From: Deltaproteobacteria bacterium
Lineage (GTDB): Bacteria; Desulfobacterota_D; UBA1144; Nemesobacterales; CSP1-2
NCBI GenBank assembly: GCA_052390235.1
Contig: JBQTHB010000009.1
Location: 1 to 61,627, forward strand
Reading direction: 5' to 3'
Length of the DNA: 61,627 nt
Under the pieces are notes generated by a model. It ran no database searches, had not been told where the DNA came from, and saw only the letters and a program-made list of their open reading frames with translations. Positions 29,343 through 38,637 of this stretch are shown here, one piece after another. The stretch's first letter is position 1. Every line of letters begins with the position of its first letter. The position numbers and the translations under genes were made by a program.

Positions 29343-30917
29343 CTATGCGCCGAGCCTTTTTCTCAGGTGTTCGCCTACTCTAAGGGCGTTTGCAATTATC
29401 GTAAGCGCAGGGTTCACAGCCCCGCTCGATGGGAAAAAGCTCCCGTCAACCACGTATAGGTTATCCACGTTGTGCGCCCTACAGTTTCTATCTAGGGCTG
29501 AGGTTTTGGGGTCGTCGCCGAAGCGTATTGTTCCGTTCTGATGGGCGACTCCGGCTAGGGGGATGCGTTGTCCGATGAATAAATTTCTCGAGAAAATCCC
29601 CTGGTGGCAGTCGTGTCCGTGCGCGCCGCATTGGGCTTGTCTCTGCATGAGCGCTTCGAGTGTTTTGATGAGGCGTTTGTGTCCCTCTTCGTTATTGTGT
29701 TTGTAGGCGAGAGTGATGTTGCCGCCTCCATCCAGTGAAACTCGGTTGTCCGGGTCGGGCAGATCTTCCGAGGTGAGCCAGAAATCGAGCGAGTGCTTCG
29801 CCATGAATTCGAGAGTCCATCCCGGCGTAAAGGACGGCGCGCCCGCTGAGAGCGTTACGGCGTCGAGCTTTCCCACGAACGATATATGCCCCATCGGATA
29901 CTGCCATTCCTCCGAGCCGAGATAGAAATCATTTATCGAGAGAGATTTTTGGAAAATCGTAGGGTTCGGGCATTTCGATATTGCCATCAACACTGAGTTT
30001 ATATGTCCCATGTAGTGCCGTCCCACGACGTCCGAGCCGTTTGCAAGCCCGCGCGGGTGTCTGTCCGAGGCGGAGCGCAGGAGCAGAGCCGCGGAGTTTA
30101 TCGCCCCGCACGATACGACTACAATATCCGCCGAGTAGGTCTGTTCAGCGCCGCCACGCAGTATATGCACCTTCGTAACTTCCCTTCCCGAACTGCTCGT
30201 CTCAAGGCGTGAGACATAGGCGTTTGTGATGAGGGTTACGTTCGGGTATCCGAGCGCGGGGTCAACGCAGCACACCTCGGCGTCCGATTTTGCCCTGAGC
30301 AGGCACGCAAATCCATCGCACGTGTCACACCTAATGCACTTGCTCCGATGCGGATCCCCTTCATCCAGCATTACCCCAAGCGGCGTATGAAAGGGTCTTA
30401 GCCCGAAACTTCTGAAATCCTCGCTTAATTGCTCAATTCGAGGCTCGTGGCTTACGGGCGGGTGAGGGTAGGGGGCGCTTGATGGGGGGTCAGTCGGGTC
30501 TTCCCCTCGCTCCCCATGAACGTGATAGAGTCTCTCAGCGTGGGAGTAGTACGGCTCAAGCTCTTCATACGAAATTGGCCATGCCGGTGAGATGCCGCCC
30601 CAGTGCCGGATCTCTCCGAAATCCTCCCTGCGAAGCCGGAACAGCGCTGCCCCGTAGAATTTCGTGTTTCCGCCTACGTTATAGTTTGTATGCGGATGAA
30701 GGGGTTGGCCGCTCTTATCCCGCCATGTCTCTTTGGCATTGTACTTTGCCTCGATGTTTACGGCGCGGGGATTCCAGTTGTCTTTCTCCCTCGGCACAAA
30801 TTCGCCTCGCTCCAAAAGCAATATCTGTTTTCCCGTCGGGGCGAGGGCGTAGGCGAGAGTTCCTCCCCCCGCTCCGGTTCCTATGATTATCACGTCGAAT
30901 TTGCCGATGCCTGACAT
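29343..30917 (-). CDS. GMC family oxidoreductase
   Basis: GTGAGG, VGGNTKFYGA, CIRCDTCDGFAC, HQNGT and NPALTI motifs. Confidence 0.95.
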   Translation of the reverse strand: MSGIGKFDVIIIGTGAGGGTLAYALAPTGKQILLLERGEFVPREKDNWNPRAVNIEAKYNAKETWRDKSGQPLHPHTNYNVGGNTKFYGAALFRLRREDFGEIRHWGGISPAWPISYEELEPYYSHAERLYHVHGERGEDPTDPPSSAPYPHPPVSHEPRIEQLSEDFRSFGLRPFHTPLGVMLDEGDPHRSKCIRCDTCDGFACLLRAKSDAEVCCVDPALGYPNVTLITNAYVSRLETSSSGREVTKVHILRGGAEQTYSADIVVVSCGAINSAALLLRSASDRHPRGLANGSDVVGRHYMGHINSVLMAISKCPNPTIFQKSLSINDFYLGSEEWQYPMGHISFVGKLDAVTLSAGAPSFTPGWTLEFMAKHSLDFWLTSEDLPDPDNRVSLDGGGNITLAYKHNNEEGHKRLIKTLEALMQRQAQCGAHGHDCHQGIFSRNLFIGQRIPLAGVAHQNGTIRFGDDPKTSALDRNCRAHNVDNLYVVDGSFFPSSGAVNPALTIIANALRVGEHLRKRLGA

Positions 30918-30994
30918 TTTATCCTCCTCGGCTAAAGAGGGTTTTATGAGATGCGCCCCCTTCAGCCGTTGTGATTTGAATTCAGTGTATGTGT

Positions 30995-31507
30995 TTAACG
31001 AGAAGCCGCCCCTACGACTCGGTTCGATGGAGAAAGGGGCGCGGTGCCAAAATTGACGTTGGATCTGCTACACCAGACGGTTACGGCTCTGTACGTAGCG
31101 AGGTCAACGCTTGAGGGGACGTCGTAGTTTTGGTCTCCTACGTTGCCCTTGAGTGAGCCTAATTCCACGAATCCGGCGTTTGTTACAGTGTCATTATCGA
31201 GAGCGTCGGCGGTGGCTACGAGAAACACCCGTACGTCTGGCTCATTGGATGTGGCGAAATTCGTGAGTCTTAAGACTCTTCTGCCATCCGCGAGCTTGTA
31301 GATTCCGGCTTCGCCTGAGGTCTCGTGAGCGACGCTATGAAAACGCCCGTTCGTAAGCAATTTCGGCTCGTTGCTATTTTCACTCGATGAATTTTCCGGG
31401 AACGACTCGCTTACGGTCTGACTGATGAAAATACGCTCCGGGCGGAACAAGAACCATCCCACTGCAATTACTATAACACCGATGGCGATTAGCGATTTCT
31501 TTTTCAT
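30995..31507 (-). CDS. DM13 domain protein
   Basis: HETSG, LGSLKGNVGDQNY and VWC...NFG motifs with an N-terminal anchor. Confidence 0.93.
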   Translation of the reverse strand: MKKKSLIAIGVIVIAVGWFLFRPERIFISQTVSESFPENSSSENSNEPKLLTNGRFHSVAHETSGEAGIYKLADGRRVLRLTNFATSNEPDVRVFLVATADALDNDTVTNAGFVELGSLKGNVGDQNYDVPSSVDLATYRAVTVWCSRSNVNFGTAPLSPSNRVVGAASR

Positions 31508-31620
31508 TTTAATGTCTCCTTTGTTTTTTATTGTGTCTAATTTGTGCTTGTCCGTGTGTCATAGGGTTGCATCGCAGGGCAGGCGCGCGCGGACGGTCAA
31601 AAACCGAGTTAGGTTACTCA

Positions 31621-32433
31621 TTAGTTAGCTCCTCCTGACTCCTTTGCTTCTTCTATAGAAGACGGCTTCCCGCAGTGGATACAGCGCTTGGCGTTTTGGT
31701 GGTGGAGTTTCGCGCACGTTACCCGCGCCGCGCCGAATATGCGCAGATACGCCTCTGAGGCGAGCAACATCCCCAGAGGCGGCGCGGTGAAATAAATCCA
31801 CAAACCCTCTCCGACGCCGGCAAATAGAGCCGACGCCAGACTCCTCGCCGGATTCATGCTCATCCCTGAAATTGGGGCTTCAACGGATATATAGAGCGCG
31901 ACCAAAGCCCCCGCGCAAACGCCCGTATATCGCGCCAACTCTCTCATATTCGAGACCACTAGGACAACCGTCATCAGCGCGAACGATATGACCGCCTCGG
32001 CGACGAACGCCGCCCATGCGCCGTATATTCCGGGAACGGTAGCGGCATATCTCACCGCCGGATTGCCTGCCGCCTCTGCGATGAGGAGATAGGCGATTAA
32101 AACCCCGCCCGCCCCGCCTGCAAACTGCGCCGAAATGTAGAAGATCGCATCCCGCCGACTAATCCTTCTGAGCCTGAAAAAAGTGAGTGTAACCGAGGGG
32201 TTTAGATGCGCGCCCGATTGCTTTCCCCAAGGCGAGTATATGATGGCGATTGCCGTAAGTCCCATAGCCGCTCCGACGATAACGCGCCTCACAGATGCGC
32301 TTTCAATCAATTGCCTGACGGGCGATGCCGGATGCTCGAAAATCACGACGGCGACGCAAGCCGCTATCATGAACGTCCCAAGCTCCGCCGCTTCCATCAG
32401 GTATTCGTGCCATCTGTTTCCGATGGAATCCAC
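31621..32433 (-). CDS. Aquaporin (MIP family)
   Basis: SGAHLNPS and SMNPARS motifs; C-terminal CAKLHH..RCIHC. Confidence 0.93.
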   Translation of the reverse strand: MDSIGNRWHEYLMEAAELGTFMIAACVAVVIFEHPASPVRQLIESASVRRVIVGAAMGLTAIAIIYSPWGKQSGAHLNPSVTLTFFRLRRISRRDAIFYISAQFAGGAGGVLIAYLLIAEAAGNPAVRYAATVPGIYGAWAAFVAEAVISFALMTVVLVVSNMRELARYTGVCAGALVALYISVEAPISGMSMNPARSLASALFAGVGEGLWIYFTAPPLGMLLASEAYLRIFGAARVTCAKLHHQNAKRCIHCGKPSSIEEAKESGGAN

Positions 32434-32688
32434 CGTCGAGGGGGTTTCATTGAAATTGTGCGGATGAGCGGTGTTTGTTTTTATTTTTTGCCGATAGGGG
32501 ATTTAATTTTGCGCTATATACGCCGGATGCTCGATTTTGGTTTTATCCGATTTCGGGAGGCTATATTAATTCGTCGCCTTAGGATTCACTATGCGAGATG
32601 CAGGATTAAAACTCCCCTGGCAGGACGCAGATAAATCAATATCCGTTTCAGCGGCGGAGGCTTTTTCAGCGTGAGAACAGAGTAATTT

Positions 32689-32970
32689 TCAGCCAGGGAT
32701 TTTACTTTTGATTCGCTCTTTAATGGATTCGTGAGTCGTTTTATCCATTGTTCGGGCGGATAATTTGCTGTAAAAAGACTGTACGGCTTCAATCGTTTTT
32801 TTATAAGTATTGAGAAATGCCACGCAGTCGGGGCAGATGTCCAGATACTCTCTGAATGCGCGAGAGGTATCTGAATCCAGTTCCCCGGTAAGAAAGTTCG
32901 CTATGAGCGAGGTCGCTTTTGTGCACGTTATATCGAGATTAATTTCTCGCTTGCGGGATTTTATAGCCAC
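32689..32970 (-). CDS. Small zf-HC2-type anti-sigma factor-like protein
   Basis: ITCTKATSLIANFLTGEL...YLDICPDCVAFLNTYKKT. Confidence 0.8.
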   Translation of the reverse strand: MAIKSRKREINLDITCTKATSLIANFLTGELDSDTSRAFREYLDICPDCVAFLNTYKKTIEAVQSFYSKLSARTMDKTTHESIKERIKSKIPG

Positions 32971-32979
32971 TGGATCTCC

Positions 32980-33726
32980 TTAAAAAACATTTTCAGCTGA
33001 AGCGGCAATATATCCCCTCATCCGAAGCCTAGCGGTATGAAGATCGCGCCTCAGCGTCCCTCTGCTAAGACCAAGAGCGCGGGCGACGTCCCCGTCCGGC
33101 ATCCCTTTGCCGTCCTTTAGAATCACCGCCGCCCTCTCCGTGGGAGACAGCCCTTCGAGCGCGTCCCCGATGCGGCGAGGCAGCGATCCCTCCCGCGCGC
33201 TTTGCGACCAGTCAGCTACGGGAGAGCTTTTATGGTGTCCGTCTTTTCTGAATCTCGGAAGCGGGGATTTTCTCTCGGCGGCGGGTTTCATTATTCGTAT
33301 CGCCGCTCCCATCAAGCGGTTGAATAAATCGCAGTCCTCGGCAAATTCAAAGGCCGTATCGCTGAATACCGCCTCCACCATCTGCTCTGCGCGGGATTCG
33401 CTCCCCGTGAGCGTGAGCGCGAATTCGTAGAGCGGGTTTGCGTAGAGGTCGAATGCCTTCTCGAAGCCTGGGCGTTTTTTCATATTGCCCTCGGATGCGT
33501 CTATGCGGCCGAGAATCCCGCCTAAAAGCCCTCCGGGCATAGGCGCGTCGGGCAGACCACGGGGGATGAGCGAGAGCGCCTGCGAGGTCTGCCAAAGAGC
33601 CTCGCGGCAGACGCCACATCCGCCGCCGATATGGGCTTCAAAGGTTTCCAGCTCGTCTCCCGACAAAATGCCAAGCGTGTAGAGTGAAATCCATTCCTCA
33701 AATTCCCAAGCGTGCTTTATTTTCAT
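32980..33726 (-). CDS. Fusion: N-terminal zf-HC2 anti-sigma domain plus C-terminal ECF sigma-like regions 2/4
   Basis: LYTLGILSGDELETFEAHIGGGCGVC, then LYEFALTLTG..RAEQMVEAVF and LSPTERAAVILKD...DVARALG...LHTARLRMR. Confidence 0.7.
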   Translation of the reverse strand: MKIKHAWEFEEWISLYTLGILSGDELETFEAHIGGGCGVCREALWQTSQALSLIPRGLPDAPMPGGLLGGILGRIDASEGNMKKRPGFEKAFDLYANPLYEFALTLTGSESRAEQMVEAVFSDTAFEFAEDCDLFNRLMGAAIRIMKPAAERKSPLPRFRKDGHHKSSPVADWSQSAREGSLPRRIGDALEGLSPTERAAVILKDGKGMPDGDVARALGLSRGTLRRDLHTARLRMRGYIAASAENVF

Positions 33727-34055
33727 TCTACGCCCTCCTGAACGTAGGGGGCAAGCCGCTTTCTCAGCTTGGCGACTCCGAGCGTTATCCGCGTTTTAAT
33801 TGTGCCGACGGGCTTTGCGAGCTTCTCGGCGATTTCATAGTGGGTGAGCCCATCGAAATAAGCCATTTCAAGCGCCTCTCTCTGCTCATCGGGCAGAGAA
33901 TTGAGGCATCTTTGAATTATCCCTCTCATTTCACTTTCTCCCTCCGATATACGAAGAAAATTCCATGTTGGATTTATTCTCTCCTCTTCGATTACAACGT
34001 CGTATTTTTTAAACCCCAAAGCCCTTATCCTGTCAATTGAGCGGCTTCGGACGAT
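33723..34055 (-). pseudogene. 5'-truncated ECF sigma factor (SigK-like; region 4 intact)
   Basis: IVRSRSIDRIR (end of region 2) and LPDEQREALEMAYFDGLTHYEIAEKLAKPVGTIKTRI; upstream replaced by muF sequence. Confidence 0.8.
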
Positions 34056-34920
34056 TTACGGGACGAATCTACAGACGGCGTACATGGCAGGCAGATGGAA
34101 GAGATTTATCGAGAACACCGCAGACCGCCCTTATTGGCAGTACGTAGCGGTTCTGGATAGCAGAACTAGACCCGCCCACAGAGCGATGGATGGCAAGGTG
34201 TTTCGCCATGACGACACGATATGGCAGACGCACTTTCCGCCGAACGGATTTGGTTGTCGGTGCAGGGTTAGGGCGCTGACCAAGCAGGAGCTGAGGCAAG
34301 GGGGGCTTAGGGCGGAATCCTCGGAGGGGGCGCTCCAAGTGGAGGACACCGTGATTTCAGGGGCGACGGGCGAGTCGAGAGCGGTAACGATATACCGAGA
34401 CCCCAAAACCGGACGCGAGATGTCCCCAGATACCGGCTGGAACTATAACCCCGGCAGAGCGGCATGGTTTCCAACCCTCGACAATTACAGCTTCGAGGTT
34501 GCTCGCAAGTGGGTAGAAGGCGGTCTCACAGGGCCGGATTTCTTACGATTCTTCGAGGGTAAAATCGGCGGCGAGTTCCCCGTGGCTGTTCTAAGCCCCG
34601 AATACATGAAGCTGATTAAATCTCGAAGCACAGTGGTTTATCTATCCAATGAAACACTTCTAAAAAACCTGACAAATCACCCCGATTTGAGCATCGGAGA
34701 TTATCAGATAATACCGGACATTATCCAAGAGGCCCAGCTAATTGTGCAGGATAATGATAATACAATCGTTTTTTTACGAATTAACAATCGCTTGTACTAT
34801 GGAGCTATCAAGACAACCCGTTCGGGTGAAACAAATTTTCTTATCAGCCTGAGATTTGCAAGAGAATCAGACATAAAAAGCATTAAGACAAAGGGGAAGG
34901 TACTTAAAGATGAGTTATAA
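34042..34920 (+). pseudogene. 5'-truncated Mu-like phage head morphogenesis protein F (MuF) with C-terminal PBECR-like nuclease domain
   Basis: RLRTIYGTNLQTAYMAGRW, YVAVLDSRTRPAH, PPNGFGCRC, PDTGWNYNPG; AT-richer tail HPDLSIGDY...IKTTRSGETNFLISLR. An ATG at 34084 could still yield a 278-aa product. Confidence 0.82.
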
Positions 34921-35012
34921 GGCTCCCGGTGGGGACTCCCACAACCCCCACATGGCGAGCCGCTCGACTAGGAGCGTTCTACGGCCGGGAGATTCACCGT
35001 GTCGCGAGAGCC
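34921..35012 (+). ncRNA. Candidate structured RNA immediately after the muF stop
   Basis: GC-rich 92-nt island with several stems (GGCTC/GAGCC, CTCCCGG/CCGGGAG, GTGGGG/CCCCAC, CGCTC/GAGCG) in AT-rich flanks. Confidence 0.4.
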
Positions 35013-35218
35013 TCAACCTGAATTATAGCAACGAAACTATGAATATCAAATATAGCAAATACTAATGAGCGCTGGCGACATCGGGAAGATGGTAATGTCG
35101 AAGAAATAAACATGAGACGCCCCTTATGTATGGAAAATAGACAATTTTCGACATTATAGCGATTCTGTAATTTCCATGAGCAACGGAATGACGGAGGTGG
35201 GGTGATGGCAAAAGCTCT

Positions 35219-35580
35219 GTCATTCCCGCAGTCTTCGGAGCGGGAATCCATCTCACCCTTCACCCTGAGTAGTTCGACTCCGCTCACTATGAACTACGTC
35301 GAAGGGATCATGTTAGGCGCTGTTGTGATTTGTCATGCCCGAAAGAGTCATCGGGCATCCATGCTGTGTTGATAAATACTGGATTCCCGCTTAATTCTGC
35401 GGGAATGACAGAGCTTTTTACAGGGTGAGCGGAATCGAACTATGGATTCTGTACTTTCGTGAGAATGACATACGAGTATCCGCTCAGGGTGAAGTGTCAT
35501 TCCGAACGCCTCATTCCTGTCATTCCGAACGCAGAGAGGAATCTTATTCAGGATTTCTCGCCATCGCTCAGAATGACAAT
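35219..35580. repeat. Cluster of REP-like palindromes (GTCATTCCCGC..GCGGGAATCC and GTCATTCCGA..GAATCT types)
   Basis: gtcattcccgcagtcttcggagcgggaatcca; ctggattcccgcttaattctgcgggaatgac; tgtcattccgaacgcagagaggaatct...ctcagaatgaca. Confidence 0.7.
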
Positions 35581-35643
35581 CGCGCAGATACTAGTATCGC
35601 GTTTAATTCGTGTTTATCGGTAGCTAAAAGGGGGTTTAATGCG

Positions 35644-36186
35644 ATGATAAAAATCAAGGTTGACACAACTGGCATTTCGAGTCTCATAAAGCGGTTCAAT
35701 AGCAAATCCCAGGACTACACCCCCGCCACGAGGCAGATTGCCGGCAGGCTTGAAGACGCTGTGGAAGAGAATTTCAAGCAGCAAGGTCGCCCGAAATGGC
35801 AACCCCTTGCCCCCTCGACCCTGCGCCAAAGGCAGAGAGAAGGAAAGGCAGACGGGAAAATCCTACAGCGCACGGGGCAATTAGCCGCCTCAATATCCTC
35901 CGAGCATGATAAGACCTCGGCAACCGTCGGCACGAATAACGAATACGCCGCCGCCCATCAGTTCGGAGCGGAAATAAAGCGCGCCGCCCGCTCGGAGCTA
36001 TTTGTGAGAAATCGGTCTAAGCGAGGGGATACAAAGGGGCGGTTCAAAAAGGGCGTATCCGAGAGGCGAGGCTTCAACTTCGGCGATAGCGCTACTCGCA
36101 TCCCAGCGCGCCCCTTCCTCAGCCTCACCGATGACGATACTACGGGCATTGAAGCTATCCTCAAGCGCTTCTTGGATGACCGCTAA
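35644..36186 (+). CDS. Phage virion morphogenesis protein (Mu gpG-like)
   Basis: VEENFKQQGRPKWQPLAPST, ILQRTGQL, VGTNNEYAAAHQFG and IPARPFL motifs; muF-gpG order as in Mu. Confidence 0.92.
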   Translation: MIKIKVDTTGISSLIKRFNSKSQDYTPATRQIAGRLEDAVEENFKQQGRPKWQPLAPSTLRQRQREGKADGKILQRTGQLAASISSEHDKTSATVGTNNEYAAAHQFGAEIKRAARSELFVRNRSKRGDTKGRFKKGVSERRGFNFGDSATRIPARPFLSLTDDDTTGIEAILKRFLDDR

Positions 36187-36274
36187 TGCGAACTGAAACT
36201 TAAGCCCGCTACTTAATAAAATTCCAGAACTAAATGTTACAAATTCCAGAACCATTTGATACGTTATAGCGGAG

Positions 36275-37378
36275 TTGAATCTCCTTGAAATTGTGGCGCG
36301 CCAGATTGAGGTCGCCATTAACAACGTCCGAAAGGCAGAGGCCCTCAGAGTCGCTCTAATTGAGGTACAGAGGCTTAAAAGTCGGCTCGAAGCCGAAAAC
36401 ATCTATCTGCAGGAAGAGGTTAAGACCGAGTACAATTTCGAGGAAATCATAGGACAGAGCGAGGCGCTGCGAAGGGCGCTTAAAACCGTCGAGCAGGTAG
36501 CCCCGACCGACGCGACTATTCTGCTTCTCGGCGAGACCGGAACGGGCAAGGAGCTACTAGCCCGCGCTGTTCACAACATCGGCCCAAGAAAGGACAGACC
36601 GCTTGTGAAGGTCAACTGCGGGGCGATTTCTGCTGGGCTTGTCGAGAGCGAGCTGTTCGGGCATGAAAAAGGCGCGTTCACAGGCGCGATTCAGAGGCGT
36701 ATCGGCAGGTTCGAGCTTGCCGATGGCGGCACGATATTCTTAGACGAGGTGGGGGAACTCTCCCAGGAGACGCAAATAAAACTCCTACGCGTGCTTCAAG
36801 AAGGGGAATTTGAGCGTGTCGGGAGCAGTAAGCCTATCAGAGTTGATGTGCGAATCATCGCCGCAACAAATAGGGATTTAGACGCTGCTGTCAAAGATGG
36901 ATCGTTCCGCGCCGACCTTTTCTATAGGCTCAACGTCGTCCCTATCGATGTGCCGCCGCTTCGAGAAAGGAAATCCGATATTCCGCTCCTCGTGAATTGT
37001 TTCATTGCTAAAGCGGCAAAAAAGCTCAACAAACACGTTAATGCAGTATCAAAGGAGACTATGAGCCGCTTTATAAACTATCACTGGCCTGGAAACATAA
37101 GAGAGCTCCAAAACGTTATAGAGCGCGCTGTCGTTATTGCCGAACGCGAGGAGATTCACGTTGACCCATCGCTCCTGCGCCAGCAGGAGGCATCGCAACT
37201 CGAAACCCACGAATCGCTTGAGAGCATGGAGCGGGCGCACATCCTGAGAGTTCTTGAGCGGACGGATTGGGTTATAGAGGGTAAAAACGGCGATGCCTCG
37301 GTACTCGATATAAATCCCAACACACTGCGCTCGCGTATGCAGAAGCTCGGCATTAAAAAGCGCGCGGGCGGCAGATAA
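36275..37378 (+). CDS. Sigma54-dependent activator (FhlA-like), N-terminally truncated (GAF lost)
   Basis: [12 protein letters not shown] coiled coil, [22 protein letters not shown]-terminal HTH; starts within the last helix of a GAF domain. Confidence 0.88.
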   Translation: MNLLEIVARQIEVAINNVRKAEALRVALIEVQRLKSRLEAENIYLQEEVKTEYNFEEIIGQSEALRRALKTVEQVAPTDATILLLGETGTGKELLARAVHNIGPRKDRPLVKVNCGAISAGLVESELFGHEKGAFTGAIQRRIGRFELADGGTIFLDEVGELSQETQIKLLRVLQEGEFERVGSSKPIRVDVRIIAATNRDLDAAVKDGSFRADLFYRLNVVPIDVPPLRERKSDIPLLVNCFIAKAAKKLNKHVNAVSKETMSRFINYHWPGNIRELQNVIERAVVIAEREEIHVDPSLLRQQEASQLETHESLESMERAHILRVLERTDWVIEGKNGDASVLDINPNTLRSRMQKLGIKKRAGGR

Positions 37379-37409
37379 CCACGGGCTACTGTCGACCCCT
37401 GATTCTCAG

Positions 37410-38516
37410 CTAATCCTCCTCCGACACATTGACGAAAACCTTTATCGCGTCCTTTTCTTCGGTGAGAAGGCGCATCATCTCCGAGTAGTTTTCGAGTCCC
37501 ATCACAGGGTGAGTGAGAAATTTCGAGAGCCATCCCGGAAATTCTACCTCGGCGCGGGCGTGGTCGTAGATTCCGGCTTCAAAGTGGTCGCGGTTTGCAT
37601 TGACCGTGCCGACGGCGATTTTATTGCCTAGTACAAAGTCGAGGTTAATTTTATCCGACGGGATTTCAACCCTCCTCTCGCCGCCCGTAACGCTTGAGAG
37701 CACCAGCGCTCCGTTTTTGCCTAGGTATTCCATGGCTTCAAACACGAGCGGAGAAAATCCCGTAGCTTCAAATATAATGTCGAATGGGCCAAACCTGCGG
37801 GCGGCGTCCCCCAGTGAAAGCTCTGCCGTAGAGACGTAGCGCACCCCGATTTCGGCGAGTAAGTCTGAGTTTCTGTAGGGAGCCTCGCGCTTGCCCAAAG
37901 CCGTAACGTCCAATCCCCTCATCCGAAGCGACATCGAGGCAAGCAGTCCGATGGTTCCCGCTCCCAGCACAGCCGCCCGCTTAGGTCGCCAGATTTTGAG
38001 TCTCCTCTGCGCCTCATAAGCCTGAATTATCCCCTTTTCGATGACCGTCGTAGGCTCTAGCAATACGCCGATGTGTCGGAGTCCCGCGGGGTATTTCACG
38101 ATATACTCCGGTTCGTCAACGAAATACTCGGTAAGATAGCCGTGCTTGAGGTTGATTCCCCGCTCGTAGTAGGTGTCATCGGTGGTCATGTCGTACTGTC
38201 CTATTCGGTCGTAAAAACTCCCTCCGGGGCGGCGCACCGTAGGGACGACGTAATCCCCAGGACGAAGCTCTGAGACGTTTTTGCCCACTTCGACGACCCT
38301 GCCGAAGCACTCGTGTCCCGTAACGAGAAAATCGTATCCCGAGGGGGCTTGACCGTATTCGGCGGCGTTGATTTCCTTGTCCGTTCCGTCAACTCCGACT
38401 CTTATGACTTTGACTAATACCCCCCTGCCCGCTGGCACGTCGTTGAGCGAGGGCATAGACAACTGGGCTAAATGGATGCTCTCGGCTCTGCCGGGAAATA
38501 CCGCTATTGCTTTCAT
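37410..38516 (-). CDS. Zn-dependent glucose 1-dehydrogenase (MDR family)
   Basis: [28 protein letters not shown] and GTVNAN motifs. Confidence 0.9.
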   Translation of the reverse strand: MKAIAVFPGRAESIHLAQLSMPSLNDVPAGRGVLVKVIRVGVDGTDKEINAAEYGQAPSGYDFLVTGHECFGRVVEVGKNVSELRPGDYVVPTVRRPGGSFYDRIGQYDMTTDDTYYERGINLKHGYLTEYFVDEPEYIVKYPAGLRHIGVLLEPTTVIEKGIIQAYEAQRRLKIWRPKRAAVLGAGTIGLLASMSLRMRGLDVTALGKREAPYRNSDLLAEIGVRYVSTAELSLGDAARRFGPFDIIFEATGFSPLVFEAMEYLGKNGALVLSSVTGGERRVEIPSDKINLDFVLGNKIAVGTVNANRDHFEAGIYDHARAEVEFPGWLSKFLTHPVMGLENYSEMMRLLTEEKDAIKVFVNVSEED

Positions 38517-38637
38517 GAATTGTTATCCTCCTGCGAAGGCGAGCGCTCTTGTAAAATCGAATTTTTTGACACAGCGGGAAGGGGAGGGCGGCGGCTTCCT
38601 CGATGTGAAACTGCCACCCCGTAAATTATTTGCGGAA

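Noticed and set aside
34994..35287. Minus-strand ORFs as MuF immunity genes
   Set aside because: Wrong strand, partly REP-derived, and no RBS.
35425..35643. 73-aa N-terminal extension of the gpG ORF
   Set aside because: Translated REP-like palindromes (CHSERREES); homology begins at ATG 35644.
34042..36186. Whole element as a phage or phage-plasmid
   Set aside because: Only truncated muF and gpG are present; no terminase, portal, capsid, tail or transposase recognised.
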